A DNA stretch of 64,000 nucleotides from contig CM082591.2 of assembly GCA_040954595.2 (NCBI GenBank), positions 11,549,309 to 11,613,308 of the forward strand. Direction: 5' to 3'. Shown in pieces: positions 25,160-38,300 of this stretch; position 1 is the first letter of the stretch; every line of letters begins with the position of its first letter. This stretch comes from Balanoglossus misakiensis (Eukaryota; Animalia; Hemichordata). Under the pieces are notes generated by a model that saw only the letters and a program-made list of their open reading frames with translations, did not search any database and had not been told where the DNA came from. A program made the position numbers and the translations under genes.

Positions 25160-25326
25160 AGGACGGGACCTAGCTGGGGAATTTGTATTCAGAAAAAGGG
25201 AAAAAACAAACAAACAGACCAGTGGGGCATATTTTGTAAAGCCCAGCTGGAGGAAATTGTTTTCAGAAAAGGGGAAAAAACAAACAGGCCGACCAGTGGG
25301 GCATACCCAGTAAAGCCCTGCTGGAC
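25160..25326. repeat. About 75-bp tandem duplication in the Gypsy 3' UTR
   Basis: Two copies of gctgg..gaa.ttgt.ttcagaaaa.gggaaaaaacaaac…gaccagtggggcata…gtaaagccc. Confidence 0.7.
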
Positions 25327-25425
25327 ATTCTATTTGAACAAAATTTATTGTTGTGTTCTTGTCATATTATCCCCGGTGTTTTGGGGGGACGAAGACGAAG
25401 CCCTTTTAAATATGGTGGGGAAGAG

Positions 25426-25950
25426 TGTTGTGGATCTGCACACGACCCACAATGACGTCATCGAACCTGCCCACCCCTTGGGCAAATATGGTTTATTCCT
25501 ACTACTTCAAGAAGCCGAGACGAGCCAGAGGTCGCGGTAACATTTTTTTGAGTGCGTCTTTTTGACGCATTCATCAAAAAAAATGCGTCAAACTCCTTTC
25601 AGCCTGCGTCCTAGACATGTCTAGTTCAATATTCATTAAACAAAATTAGCTACATTTTGAGTACAAAAGGTTGGGCGCACTAGTCAGCGGTATGCGGTAT
25701 CACGCGTATGGTTTCCGTTGACCATTGTGCATATAGAGCGGCCGTTCCTATGCGTCAATATTGACGCACTGATTAACATATCTGCGTCAAGTGAGGATTT
25801 TTTGCGTCAAATACGCATACTTTTTGCGTAAACGCGACCTCTGCGAGCAACTTGCTTTATCGCTAACTCCAAGAGATCTACAAACTTACCAGAACAACCG
25901 TTTAGTATCCTTTATTACTATCTAAAGGGGAGCAATCGGCTTTTACAACA
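25426..25950 (+). repeat. 3' LTR of the Gypsy element, interrupted by a MITE
   Basis: Begins TGTTGT after the PPT and ends ACAACA; the matching 5' LTR is absent. Confidence 0.7.
25526..25843. mobile_element. MITE with CAG termini and 5-bp TSD (hAT5-like)
   Basis: TIR CAGAGGTCGCG/CGCGACCTCTG, TSD CGAGC; second copy at 46335-46716. Confidence 0.85.
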
Positions 25951-26340
25951 CTGTTAAAGAGACCAGCTGTTCTATTTTGTGTGTGTTTGTACAATACACA
26001 TGCCACTGCCAGCTTATGGGTCAGTCAGTATTTGCCTGTTGATCTCTCTATGTGTGTGTGCGTCAGTCTGTATATGTACTCCGGTGTAGACTTTTTTCTT
26101 GTGTAATCCCTTAATGGGACCACCGTGTCCTTGATGCAATTTTTAAAAGCTTTATGTCAATTTGAGGATTTCTACAATTTCTCTGAGTCAGCCCTATACA
26201 TTTGCATGTAGTGTGCATAATTATCTAAAGTCACCAGTGAGTTTGTTGAGTCAGTGGCGCTTTATGTGGGCTTAGAGAGCACACTGATGTTCAGGCCCCT
26301 GAGCTCTAACCAGGAGAACTGCAGTAAGTTCTGTACTCAC

Positions 26341-26392
26341 CTATGAAGAGAGGACCAGGCACTGTTGGCGTTAAGACATCGGTTGGAGAAAT
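26341..26392 (-). CDS. ELAC2: ELAC2-like exon 11 (ISPTDVLTPTVPGPLFI)
   Basis: gaacag / gtgagt. Confidence 0.85.
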
Positions 26393-29300
26393 CTGTTCAG
26401 AAAATAATGTATACATATCAATCAGTGTTTTGCTAGTAATTTTGTTCCATGAATCAGAGAATGGGTTTTGAAGAGGATTGATTATAATGAAAATGGAGTA
26501 CTGGTACCTCAAAAATATCTCAAAAATTTTAAAAGGGCCCCCAAGCCCAGCAAATTTTCACATTTCCATGATCCCAAAAACCCATTTCACAAATCCTGAC
26601 TTGAATCGCATTCATACGTGCCCGCATTGCTGAGATCGGCACTGCGTAAATCTTGACGTGATAGCGCGTCCACACCATGGGTGCGAAAAGGCTCATGGGA
26701 GCTTTGGGCGTGACATCATGTACGATATGATACATTGTGCGCACGCACGGCATAGGCTTGCCTAATCATGAATCCACTGCACAAGTTATGGAGATTACAG
26801 AGAGTGAGACCTCCGATACAGAATGTTTTTCTACCTGATGAAAACAAACCCTACCAGTCTGTTATATTTCGACATTAAAATGATTGCTATAGGCCTAAAT
26901 AAATGACGTGTTTTGTGATAAAATCCATGTTTGTATTTTCCTTACACAGATTTAACTTTCAATGTTTGAGCAATGATAAATAACGTTCAAACTACAAACT
27001 AATAGATGTCGAAATGAATAACATAATTTCAACTTTACTGTTAGCACTGATAAAAAGAAATTTATTTCAGGTTTCTGGACAAATTAGTGAAGACGATTAC
27101 TAGTATGTAAATCAAAATCAACCATGTGACAATGATGATACACCCGTACACCTGTTCTTGGCCATTGCCTATTCTCGTCCAGCGAGGGGAAAACCATGCC
27201 GTATTTGCCGATTGCAATAGTTTGACAGCAGTTCTATGTTGATAAGTATTTTGGGTACAATGAGCTATATTTGCGCCAAATTGTAGAATTCCTATGCTTG
27301 GCAACTCGTTTTTATCAGAATAAAATGTTGCAGATGCTCTAGTTTTTGAAGTAACACAGATTCAATAACTACCGAAATGCTTGAAAATGTTCTCTGGTTG
27401 GATATCTATGTGACGATGTACGTGATATGTTCGTCATTTACGGTGTTCACGCCATGTAGCACGGAATACTGAAAATTGTAATTTCCCTAAAATCGGCCAC
27501 AGTCGAAAGCGCAGTTTCCAGGAGGACACACTTACAAAACAGTGAACCACCCGATAGGGCCTGAGTGGACGTACAAAGTAGTTGTTATTTTACAGCACTG
27601 TCAGCGCCGTTTCGATTTCAGTGTATTCATAATCCTTTCCTTTCCTTTCTTTATGTTTTGCCAGTATCACGTCACATTGGAGCCGGTCAACATACAGGCG
27701 AGCGCGCGGTTGGAAATAGGGCGAAATGGGAGATTACCGGAAGGGCCGACATGTGCGCTAGTTTTGTTCTTACCCGTTTATTTTGTATGTTTCACCTATG
27801 GTTTCACCTGAATTTTTTATCGTTTGTGAATGAGGATAAATTTAGTACATGCTAAGCGCAGAAGTTTGGCAAATGCCGTCAGTAGTGGAATTTGATTAGT
27901 GATATTCATAAAAGTGGTCAAGAATATGCACAGCGGGTGTAGTTATGACAACAATGATGATAGCACTTACGTAACGTAAAAAAATAACATTCGAATAGAC
28001 AAATGACTAGTGCCTGCACAAATGACTTTGTCAGTTCAAAATATGATTTGTGTAACCGTAAAATCAACCACTTTACCAACAGATTGTTCCAGGAAAGTAT
28101 ACGATCCGTATTTAGCACTGTAACCAGGAGTCGGAGCAGCCATCACCAGACAGTTTCACCATGTCAGTGGTTCGCAAATCAACTTTCACAACCGCGGATT
28201 CTTTTTCCCATGCCATTTTTATAGTGGGAAACAGGTATTTATTTTGAGTTAACAGAGCATTCCTAACTAGCATATTTTTGCTGGATTTCTGCCAAGGGTC
28301 TCGAGCATGAAATTTTTTTTCAGATTCCAGAACAGGATATGATAGCTCTAATATGTGCAGTTTTTGAAGAATGAGTATGACTCACATAAAATGATGTCAA
28401 GTAAATTTATTCCCCACCCCAAAATGCTGAAAAGTGGCCTGGGACAATTTGAAACCTTAAAATGAAAGTCTGGGACAGGTGCTAAACTGCGCATGGGCAT
28501 CAACAGTAAAGGGGATGTCGGATTATGGAAACTACATATAACAAAATAGATAAAAATGAAAATCCTCACATCTTTCCCATCTTGTGTTTTCACAGTAAAG
28601 CCTTTTTTCAAATCTGCATATGCTGGACCTCTACACAACAAACAAGATAGATATTTGACAGATACAAACAAATCATTATTTCATGAACGCTTTAGAGAAA
28701 TGTCAAATAATATCACTATGTGCCACGTATATAAGTTATGAAGTGTTATGCTTTAGCAGCTAGCACAACAGAATCACATTTGAAAGATTTGGGATATTAT
28801 TACAGACCTGTAAAGTTCACAGTCCATAAATAATTACATCTACAAACAGGTTTTACACAGGAAAATCACTCAAGTCAAGGGTGTGTCTGCAGTTTTCAAT
28901 GAACATTTGAGGTCTAGTAACCTTGCTCATTCCACAACACTTTTGAAGATAAATTGTGGCAATAAAAGTAAGAACGAACAAGATAATAGATATTTTGGTA
29001 GGATGGACGGCTTAAGTCAATCCCAGAGTAAGTTTCAATTCTCCCGAACTTAAATAGGTTTTTGGCTACCTAGGTGGGTGATAAAAATCTCACATGGTCG
29101 ACACAATTTCAAGATGGCCGATTTTTGCCATGTTTAAGGAATAGGAGTTCATAAGCTAAAGTGATGATGGGTCATTCTGAAACTTTTTAACAGAAAAAAT
29201 AACAAAATGTGAGAAAAGTTTAATGAGTTTAATATGGTAACTACAAAGACAGACATGTTTGACCCAAGGAAGTCATGAAATACAGTAAACATATCATTTC

Positions 29301-32300
29301 TTCTATCTCTTACTACAGTGGGTTGTCGACTTTTCGACCAGAATGCAATGTGATTTGACCCCCTAGCGCAAAGTGAAAACCTATTTAAGGCAGCCAGAAT
29401 TTCAGAGCAATTCCAGGAGTGAATGAATGAATCCATACATCTCTTATAATTGATACAGACATATTTCTACAGTGGCCGATATCTACAAGCGTGTGTAGGT
29501 TTCAAACCTACACGCACCTTTTTGCAAAAACTAAAAAGGCGTGTATGGGTTTCAAACTTACAGGCACCTTTTTGCAAAAGGCGTGTGTAGGTTTCAAACC
29601 TACACACACCTTGCGGCCGATATCAACAAGCGTATGTAGGTTTCAAACTTACACGCACCATTTTGCAAAAGGCGTGTATAGGTTTCAAACCTACACACAC
29701 CTTGCGGCCGATATCAACAAGCGTATGTAGGTTTCAAACTTACACGCACCATTTTGTAAAAGGCGTGTGTAGGTTTCAAACGTGTACACACCTTGGCCGA
29801 TATCGACAAGCGTGTGTAGGTTTCAAACCTACACACACCTTGCGGCCGATATCAACAAGCGTATGTAGGTTTCAAACTTACACGCACCATTTTGCAAAAG
29901 GCGTGTGTAGGTTTCAAACGTATACACACCTTGGCCGATATCGACAAGCGTGTGTAGGTTTCACACTTACACGCACCTATTTGCAAAAGGCGTGTGTAGG
30001 TTTCAAACCTATACATGCCTCTTTGTTGTGTACGAAATAGTGTGTTTCTGTATGAATGTGGTAACCGAAATTACTGGGGTGAGACTTAAACGAAGGAAAG
30101 CGAAGGACACTCATATCTCCATATTTTAGGGCGAAAGACACGAATATCTCTTTGCTAAGGGCCGAAGGACAGTAACTTCCATATTTTTGGCCGAAGGACA
30201 CAATTATCTCTATGCTAAAGGCCAAAGGACGGGAACTTCCATATTGTTGGCCGAAGAACACGATTATCTCCATATTTTAGGCCGAAGGACACGATTATCT
30301 CTGTGCTAAAGGCCGAAATACAGTAATATCTCCATATTTTAGGCTGAAGGACATCTTTATCTCTATACTAAAGGGCATGGACGAGCGAAGGATGTAATAT
30401 CTCCATATTTAACGGTGAAGGGCGAATTCTTACCATGCATAATGTAACGATCATACAAAGAACTTGATCATTACATTATGCATAGTAAGAAGTTTCCTGC
30501 GAAAACAAGTGTAACAATTTCATGCATTCCTAGGCAAAAGATTGATACTATCAGCCCCCCCCCCCCCTTCATTAAGATGAAGAGATTTTTGGTAAATTGA
30601 AAATTGGCAAAACAGAAATTGTGCATTGTTGGAAATGACATTCGTCGGAGGGAAATTTGAACGGCCACAAAGCAGTATATACCAATTTCCCATTTGTCAA
30701 TCTCAGACGAAGAATTTGTAATTAGAAAAATAGGCCTAAAATTTAATAATTAAGATGAAGAAACAATTTGAAAATTAACATTTAGCATTTTTTCAATTTC
30801 CTTTTTTGAAGTTGCAAATCGGTTTATTGGTTGGCCGAAATGTGCCACGGATTAATTCCCCCACAGTGTTTTATTTTATTCATCAATTCTGTTCCAATGT
30901 TCAAGTGTGGCGATAAAGTCCTACAAAACTATTTTCCTCCGTGGGAATGAGATAATGATGTCCTCCGGCCTAAATATGGAGATTCAATATTACCGTCCTT
31001 CGGCACTTAGCATAGAGATAATCGTGTCCTTCCGCTAAAAATATGGAAGTTACTGTCCTTCGGCCCTTAGCATAGAGATAATCGTGTCCTTCGGCCATAA
31101 ATATTGAAGTTACTGTCCTTCGGCCTTTAGCAAAGAGATAATCGTGTCCTTCGCCCTAAAATATGGAGATATGAGCGTCCTTCGCTTTCCTTCGTTTAAG
31201 TCTCACCCCAGTAATTTCGGTTACCACATTCATACAGAAACACACTATTTCGTACACAACAAAGAGGTGCGTGTAGGTTTGAAACCTACACATGCCTTTT
31301 GCAAAAAGGTGCATGTAAGTTTGAAACCTACACATGCCTTTTGCAAAAAGGTGCATGTAAGTTTGAAACCTACACACGCTTGTTGATATCGGCCGCAAGG
31401 TGTGTGTAGGTTTGAAACCTACACACGCCTTTTGCAAAAAGGTGCCTGTAAGTTTGAAACCTACACACGCTTGTTGATATCGGCCGCAAGGTGCGTGTAG
31501 GTTTGAAACCTATACACGCCTTTTGCAAAAAGGTGCCTGTAAGTTTGAAACCCACACACGCCTTTTTAGTTTTTGCAAAAAGGTGCGTGTAGGTTTGAAA
31601 CCTACACACGCTTGTAGATATCGGCCACGGTATATTTCTACTTACGGAGGTAGGCCTAATGATATTGCTTTCTCCACTATGATGTTCCCAGGTCTATCTT
31701 TCATCTGAAATAATTGAGAATATTTTCAGGTCAAATACAGGGCCAATACAGACCTTTGATGTATTGCATATTTGCTTCGACCAAATAAGATAAAATTCTG
31801 AGCAATTTATGTGCAAAATGTAAGATAGTGTCCGTTTTTTGCAAACCCTGTTATGTTTTTCTACATTTATTATCACTGCTGCCAGACACTGTTCTTGTGA
31901 CTACCAGATACCTAGTGCTATATCATCTACCTATTCACAGATGGTCGGAGCCCAATGCAAAGGTTTAAAGTTTAACGATGATATTTTGTTGGCACAAACC
32001 TTAAAAAGATAAGCCACACACACATCTTTTTGGATGACACTTCCACTATGTCGTCTTCTTTTGGATTCTGGAACATAAACAAAATAAATCATAAATTCCA
32101 GCCATTTCAATGTATGTTTTGAAGCCCCAACCACTTGGATATGCTTTTATTATGTCTATTAAAATGATACTGTCTGATAGTATATCAAGATAACACTTAT
32201 TTACGACAAAATGGCCAAATAATAAAACTAATATCAGTACAGTCAAAAATTCCCACAACTTAAAAAAAAGCTATGTATTCCAATGAAAAATGAAAATGTT

Positions 32301-35300
32301 ATGTCTTATTTGAGTACATGTATATTTACTTCCATGTGTTCAAATGGATGAGATCATGCTTTGTTTATAATATGTAGATTAAAAGTGGGAAATGCGACGT
32401 TTCCATTGTTTTTGTGCATTTTCCTGTGGTGGCAGCAATATTGCTTTGGAGCAAAGCTTTATTATTTCCCTGGTTAAAACTTGCATATTTGCATTATTTT
32501 TTTATTCAGGGTTAATAATACTTGTACATTATTCAGTGCATATCAATATTAGCACCGTTTGAAAATCAATTTCATGATAATTTCCCAAAAGTTACAGCTC
32601 ATGGAACTTTAATTCTATATATTTAATCTTATGAATATATCAGCTATGTACTATGATAACTGGTATCAAGTCAATCAATACAACATTAGAATTCCAAAAC
32701 CTGATTGTTACAGGTGCTCTACATGTCCACCAGAACAGTCAAAACATCTCAATTTCAAAAAGCTGAAAACATTAGTCCCAGACTGCACACCTATTTATTG
32801 CCACCTCTCATTAGTTGACACCCGAATTCAAGTGCAAATAAACTCATGTATGCAAATGAATCTAGAAATATGAAATCTTGAAACATATAATTATGACTTA
32901 CTTGGACTACCAGATGACATACTTTGTTCCACCATCATTCCCTGGATTACACTTTCTATACCCACAGTGTCTTCTATCATATTTTCCTCTTGTCTTCCTG
33001 CAAAAAAAAAAAAAATAAACAAATGACCAAGTTCAATTTATGAGCTTTGCAATAGTACATCAATTTCAATGCACAACACCATTGCAACAAGGAAACCTAT
33101 TTCTCACACTCCTGGCCGCTGAGAGTGAGGGATCGAAGGTGTGGGATCAAATAGATCCCACACTCTGTGTTAAAGTGACAAAGTCTCTCTTTCGCTTCCC
33201 TTTGTTCATTAATTATGTTTGATACAAGACAATGTTTATGTTATTCTAAACGTGAATGTATAGTGAATCAACGTTTAGCCGGACGCAACTTCCATCTCGT
33301 TTGTAAGATATGAGAGTAAAAATCTCGCCAAAATGAATAACTGGTAGAGACCAATTATTCGTTTTGGCAAGTTTTTCACTCTCATGTCTACAATCGGGAT
33401 GGAAGGTGTGTGTGGTCGAACGTTGATTCACTGTATATCCACATGTAGAATAACATAAACGGTGTCTTGTATCAAACATAATTAATGAAAAAGGGCAGTA
33501 AGAGAGAGACTTTGTCCCTTTAAAGGCGGAACTCTCAGTAGGGCCCTACCGAGAAGAAATCAATAAAATGTGGGCGTGGCTAAAGCTCTGACGCCACTAT
33601 ATTGTAACAACAATTGACCTCTCACCTCCGAAATGGAACACGCACTCAAAATGTAAACATCTGCATGTGTTTACTTTTCATACACGATACAGTACTTCCA
33701 ACCATTTTTCCCACAGTTAAGTTTTGAATACGGACGTTTTTCAAACTCGTACTAGCCCAGCTTCCTTTTCACATTTCGTTGCCTTATACATTCACTGCTG
33801 TCGGACGGGTAGGTCCCCCTGCGGCGATTCACTTGGCTCCGTTTTGTTGTTATATGATTATAATTTCTTATTACTTTTGATATTAAGATGACTTGCATGC
33901 GTTAAATTTACTACCAAATATTGGCGCAAACGTGTGAGTAGAATTGCAACATTTTACCAAAACTTCGCACGCGTTCATTTCACCATGCACGGTAGGTGAA
34001 ACGAAATTTTTTTCTGTCGATTTTTAAATCATAACATTAAATACAACTGAGAAAAACCGCGTTCTGCCAATTAATACGATAAGTTTCCAATATTAAATCA
34101 CTAAAAACTTGTCGAAATTACGACTTTGTAAATTCTTAAAGCATACATTTAACTGTTCTTCCCTCCCTAAAATGGTGAATTCTTATATTCCGCTACTTCA
34201 CCTTCAAATAGGGATCCCGCGCCCACCAAAAGCAAACACATTTCTATACCCACGCGATCCAGGTAGTTCTTACGTACACACGGAACGATCATGTCGACCC
34301 GAATTATCAAGATAGCGGTCACTGAAGAGCAGGAGAAAGCACTGGCAATTTTCTCTGCCATGAATGAATGGGAGCTTTCAGTCATCGACCGGCGGGGGCA
34401 CATAAGTTCACCTGGCTGCCGCGGGGGTTAGTACCGTGCGTGGTATCGGCTACCGGCGAGTTTGATGCGGGGGACACTGCCTGTCTATCACATGCAGCAG
34501 CCGTCGAAGTAAACACCGTGTCCATGAGCACATCGGCTTCCGGAGATTCGGTCAACTCCTGTGCATTTTGTTTTTGGTCGCAATGTGTTACCACACATAG
34601 GCAGTCTTGGCTAGTCCGTGGTCTCTACCCGAATTTACCCGGTGATTCTATTGGGCATAAATGGCACTGATGAGGCTTTCCCTCTTCACTTTGTACGGTT
34701 GGTACACAAATACAAACGGTCCAACACAATTTCCAAGAAGAGAACTACCGAATTTATGGATGTGTGCATGTTCATGTGTGATAAATTTGGTATGATCATG
34801 TTCCCATTTTCAGGTCTCGCACACTTTGCAATCAACAACACAATGTATCAATGGTGCCCAATTTTGATTTGCATAATATGTCAATCACGCAGATTCAAAC
34901 TGAACATCGTACCGATATACCGGTCATATCTCGGGGACAAAATGATTTCCTCTTCGGTTTTCGAAAGTATTTTCAAATTGTATTGCACAAGAAACCGCAG
35001 ATGTCATGATAAAAAAGTCATGCACTCTTTTCGAATTTAGAGACAAAAAAAATCATCAGTACACTTAAATTTACTGTCTATTATGAACAACATCCGTTCT
35101 GTACTTAGTGAGTTTGAATTTCCGAACCATTATGCATGCTCTCGCACTTTTATACGGGAGTACCGCCTTTAATGTGCACACAGACAACTGTTATCTTACA
35201 CAAGCTCTCATTGGATAATGATATTCGTATCCCTCACAACGAGCAAATATTATCCAATAGTGTGACGTGTGGTATACGAACCAGAACTACTATGTGATCT

Positions 35301-38300
35301 GGTCATGTGCAGATGACAGTGGTGTAAGTGGTTGGTGACAGACTCGCAAGAAATAGTTGTATTTTCCAGATATCCCGCGAATTTAGGCCTCTGGGAACAT
35401 ATCTCCATATTTTTATGTGTTGAGCACATTTTTGTAGCATGGGTGTACTTGTAAACTCGTGATGAAATGGGGACTATGTTTTGAGGAGGATCAATATATG
35501 ACCCGTCATGCAGTTATTAGTGAGTATTTTATTGATATAGTTCTTTTATTGTAAATAAGCGTGAATATCGCAAATTTGTGGTCGTGTGAGAAATAGAATC
35601 TCACACACCAAGGACCTGGGATCGTATTTCTCACACTCCTTGGGGATATTTTGTCCCACACGAGCTAAAGGCTGATCGTGCGGGACAAAAAATTCCTGTG
35701 TAAGAAATACGATCCCAGGTCCTTGGGAGTGTGAGATTCTATAAATCCCACATTTAAATATTAAGTAAACAAACATTAAAAGGACAAAGTCTCTCTCTCT
35801 GCCCTTTTTCCATTAATTATGTTTGTTACAAGACACCGTTTATGTTATTCTACATGTGGATATAAATTGTATCAACGTTCGACCACACACAACTTCCATC
35901 CTGTTTGTAGGATATGAGAGAAAAAATCTCGCCCAAATGAATAAATGGTAAAGACCAATTATTCATTTTGGCCAGTTTTTCGCTCTTGTTTCTACAAGTG
36001 GGATGGAACTTGTGTGTGGTCGAACGTTGATCCACTATATATATCCACATGTACATTAATATAAACAGTGTTTTGTATCACGCATAATAATGGAAAAAGG
36101 GCAGCAAGAGAGAGACTTTGTCCCTTTAATATGCCAGAATGAATGAATGAATGAATGAATGGTTTCACCCAGACAGGGCCCGGAAGGATTCACCCCCTGT
36201 TGAGATGTTGGCACCCCCTAGCAAATTGTCAAGGGTGGGGTGGTCAGTGCCCCTTAAAATGATGTCACTCACATGAATGAGATATTCATTACAGAAAATT
36301 TCCAGAGTGTTCTCTATTTACAGTCTGCACTATATACAGGTACATGTGTATGGTATTTTAATTGGGGGCACAAGCGCCCTCAGGCGGCTTGTGCCCCCAT
36401 TGTTATTGTTGGAATATTTCTTCTTTATTATTATTATTCTTCTTCTTCTGAGATTTTCGGCCAGGTAGATCTGGAAAACGGCAGCACCTAGGGGGCTGAA
36501 ACTTGGTAGGGTGATAGGGGCCAATGAGTAGACGTGCAGTGGCTCGTGAATATTTAATTAGTCATGTGACCTGGCGGCCATATTGGATTTCCTGAAAATC
36601 GTTAAACGAGTCCTTCTCAAAAACTACTGGGCCGATCGAGTTCAAATTTGGTGTGCAGGTAGCCTACCTTCTGTCCATCATTTTACCCAATTGAAATCAT
36701 GACGTCACACATACCGTTTTTTTGCTACAATTGTTTTCCTGAAAAACTACTTAAAACTTTAAAAATCTTCTTCTCCAGAACCAGCGATTGCCGAGTCACG
36801 GGATTCGGGGTATGTGGTCACCTAACCTATGTCTATCAAGTTGGCGAAGCGCACTGTGATTGGTCGATCATTATGGCGGCCATGTTGGATTTTCGGAAAA
36901 CCATTGAAAAATGAAAATTCCGTTTTGTAGCCAAAATGTTGACAGCACGGAAATTCGTTTTTTGGATATGAGTCATCATATGACCGGAAGTTGTCACAAT
37001 TTTTCGGGGAAATTTTCACATGACCTTTGACCCAGTTTTAAAACAACTAATTATATATGCATATTCCCCATACCTCCTCTTGTCAAAGCACCACAGTCAT
37101 GAATTTTGTGGACATGGGTACCAATGCTGCCAGGACATGACACAAATATTTTGGTAATTTTGGCAATGACCCTTGACCTATTTCTGAAACATCATTTTTC
37201 TGCATATCTAATTCCAGGCTAACCAATAGGGCTAGAGGTCTGGTTTTAGTTGGACATGGCCCACTCTGGGGTCAAAATTTTATGCCCAAATTTTGGGTGA
37301 CCTTGGATGACCTTTGATCTACTTTCCCATGGCAATGACCCTTGACCTATTTCTGAAACATCATTTTTCTGCATATCTAATTCCAGGCTAATCAATAGGG
37401 CTAGAGGTCTGGTTTTAGTTGGACATGGCCCACTCTGGGGTCAAAATTTTATGCCCAAATGTTGGGTGACCTTGGATGACCTTTGATCTACTTTCCCATA
37501 TCTCACCATCCACAGCAGTTAGAGTCCTGGCTTTTGGGGGCCGATGGAGCACATATGGAGTCTTGCACAAGACCTCATTAATTATGTGCATACCTAATTG
37601 CAGGCGAACCAATAGGGCTAGGGGTCTGGTTTTTTGTTGGATCTAGACTAGTATGGGGTCCAATATTTTTGCCCAAATTTGGGGTGACCTCAGGTGACCT
37701 TTGACCTACTTTCCCATATCTTGGTATCCCCAGCAGATACAGCCGTGGCATTTGCTGGTCACCATGGGAACCGCTTGTGCCCCGCCAATGCTGCTTGCAG
37801 CTTTAATTACTTTTGGAATCACAGGACAGTAGAAAAGATAATTGAACAAAAGGTTTTGAAATTCACTCACCTTGTATTGGAACAGCTCGTACAGACATCA
37901 CATCATCATTCAACGCTAAATCTTCGTAACTTTTACATACTGTTAATATAAATATAATTAATTTTCTTTTAAATATCATCCAAATATTATAATGGTTCTA
38001 GCAATTTCATAATCTGCATTAAGATAATACTGTGTGTATGATAAACTTTGTGGGTAGGATACAGATCTTTGCTTATTAGCAAAAAATATAATACCAGTAT
38101 GTGTTTGGATTTAAAATGCAGTTCACAGTTGACTGTGTTGCACTTTGACTGCAAAATTAAAATATTTAGTTACATTTCCTTGCATTTAGTGTTGAAAATG
38201 TCACTTTCAGCTTTAAAGTGAGCACTGACATCTATGGAACAGAAGAAACAGGTTAAGTCGGTGGAGTCTTTTGAAGGAATTCCAGAACAAGTTTTTCTTG

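Larger units (their letters stand above)
18326..25950 (+). mobile_element. 5'-truncated, decayed Ty3/Gypsy LTR retrotransposon: gag, PR-RT-RH-IN-PHD, extra ORF3 (C2H2 + TatD-like), PPT, 3' LTR
   Basis: Gypsy domain order; polypurine tract GGTGGGGAAGAG at 25414-25425 directly followed by a TGTTGT…ACAACA LTR. Confidence 0.9.
33082..35757 (+). mobile_element. Non-autonomous Crypton derivative split by two TTAA insertions; long terminal hairpin at 35593-35742
   Basis: 33082-33173 and 35169-35603 match the reverse complement of 1830-2177 and 1-190; recombinase ORF deleted at a junction near 35408. Confidence 0.8.

Noticed and set aside
26520-28330. Probable further decayed DNA transposon in ELAC2 intron 10
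   Set aside because: CpG-rich and repeat-like, but I could not pair termini or find a TSD.
29491-31708. CRFQTYTH-repeat ORFs
   Set aside because: Minisatellite units within the foldback arms.
31840-31930. Extra candidate ELAC2 exons (also 32790-32861 and 44960-45016)
   Set aside because: In-frame stops, implausibly short introns or weak acceptors. The neighbouring exons already join in phase.
35169-35172. TTAA as the Crypton terminal repeat
   Set aside because: Homology to the first Crypton continues at 33082-33173, so this TTAA is an internal site duplicated by later insertions.
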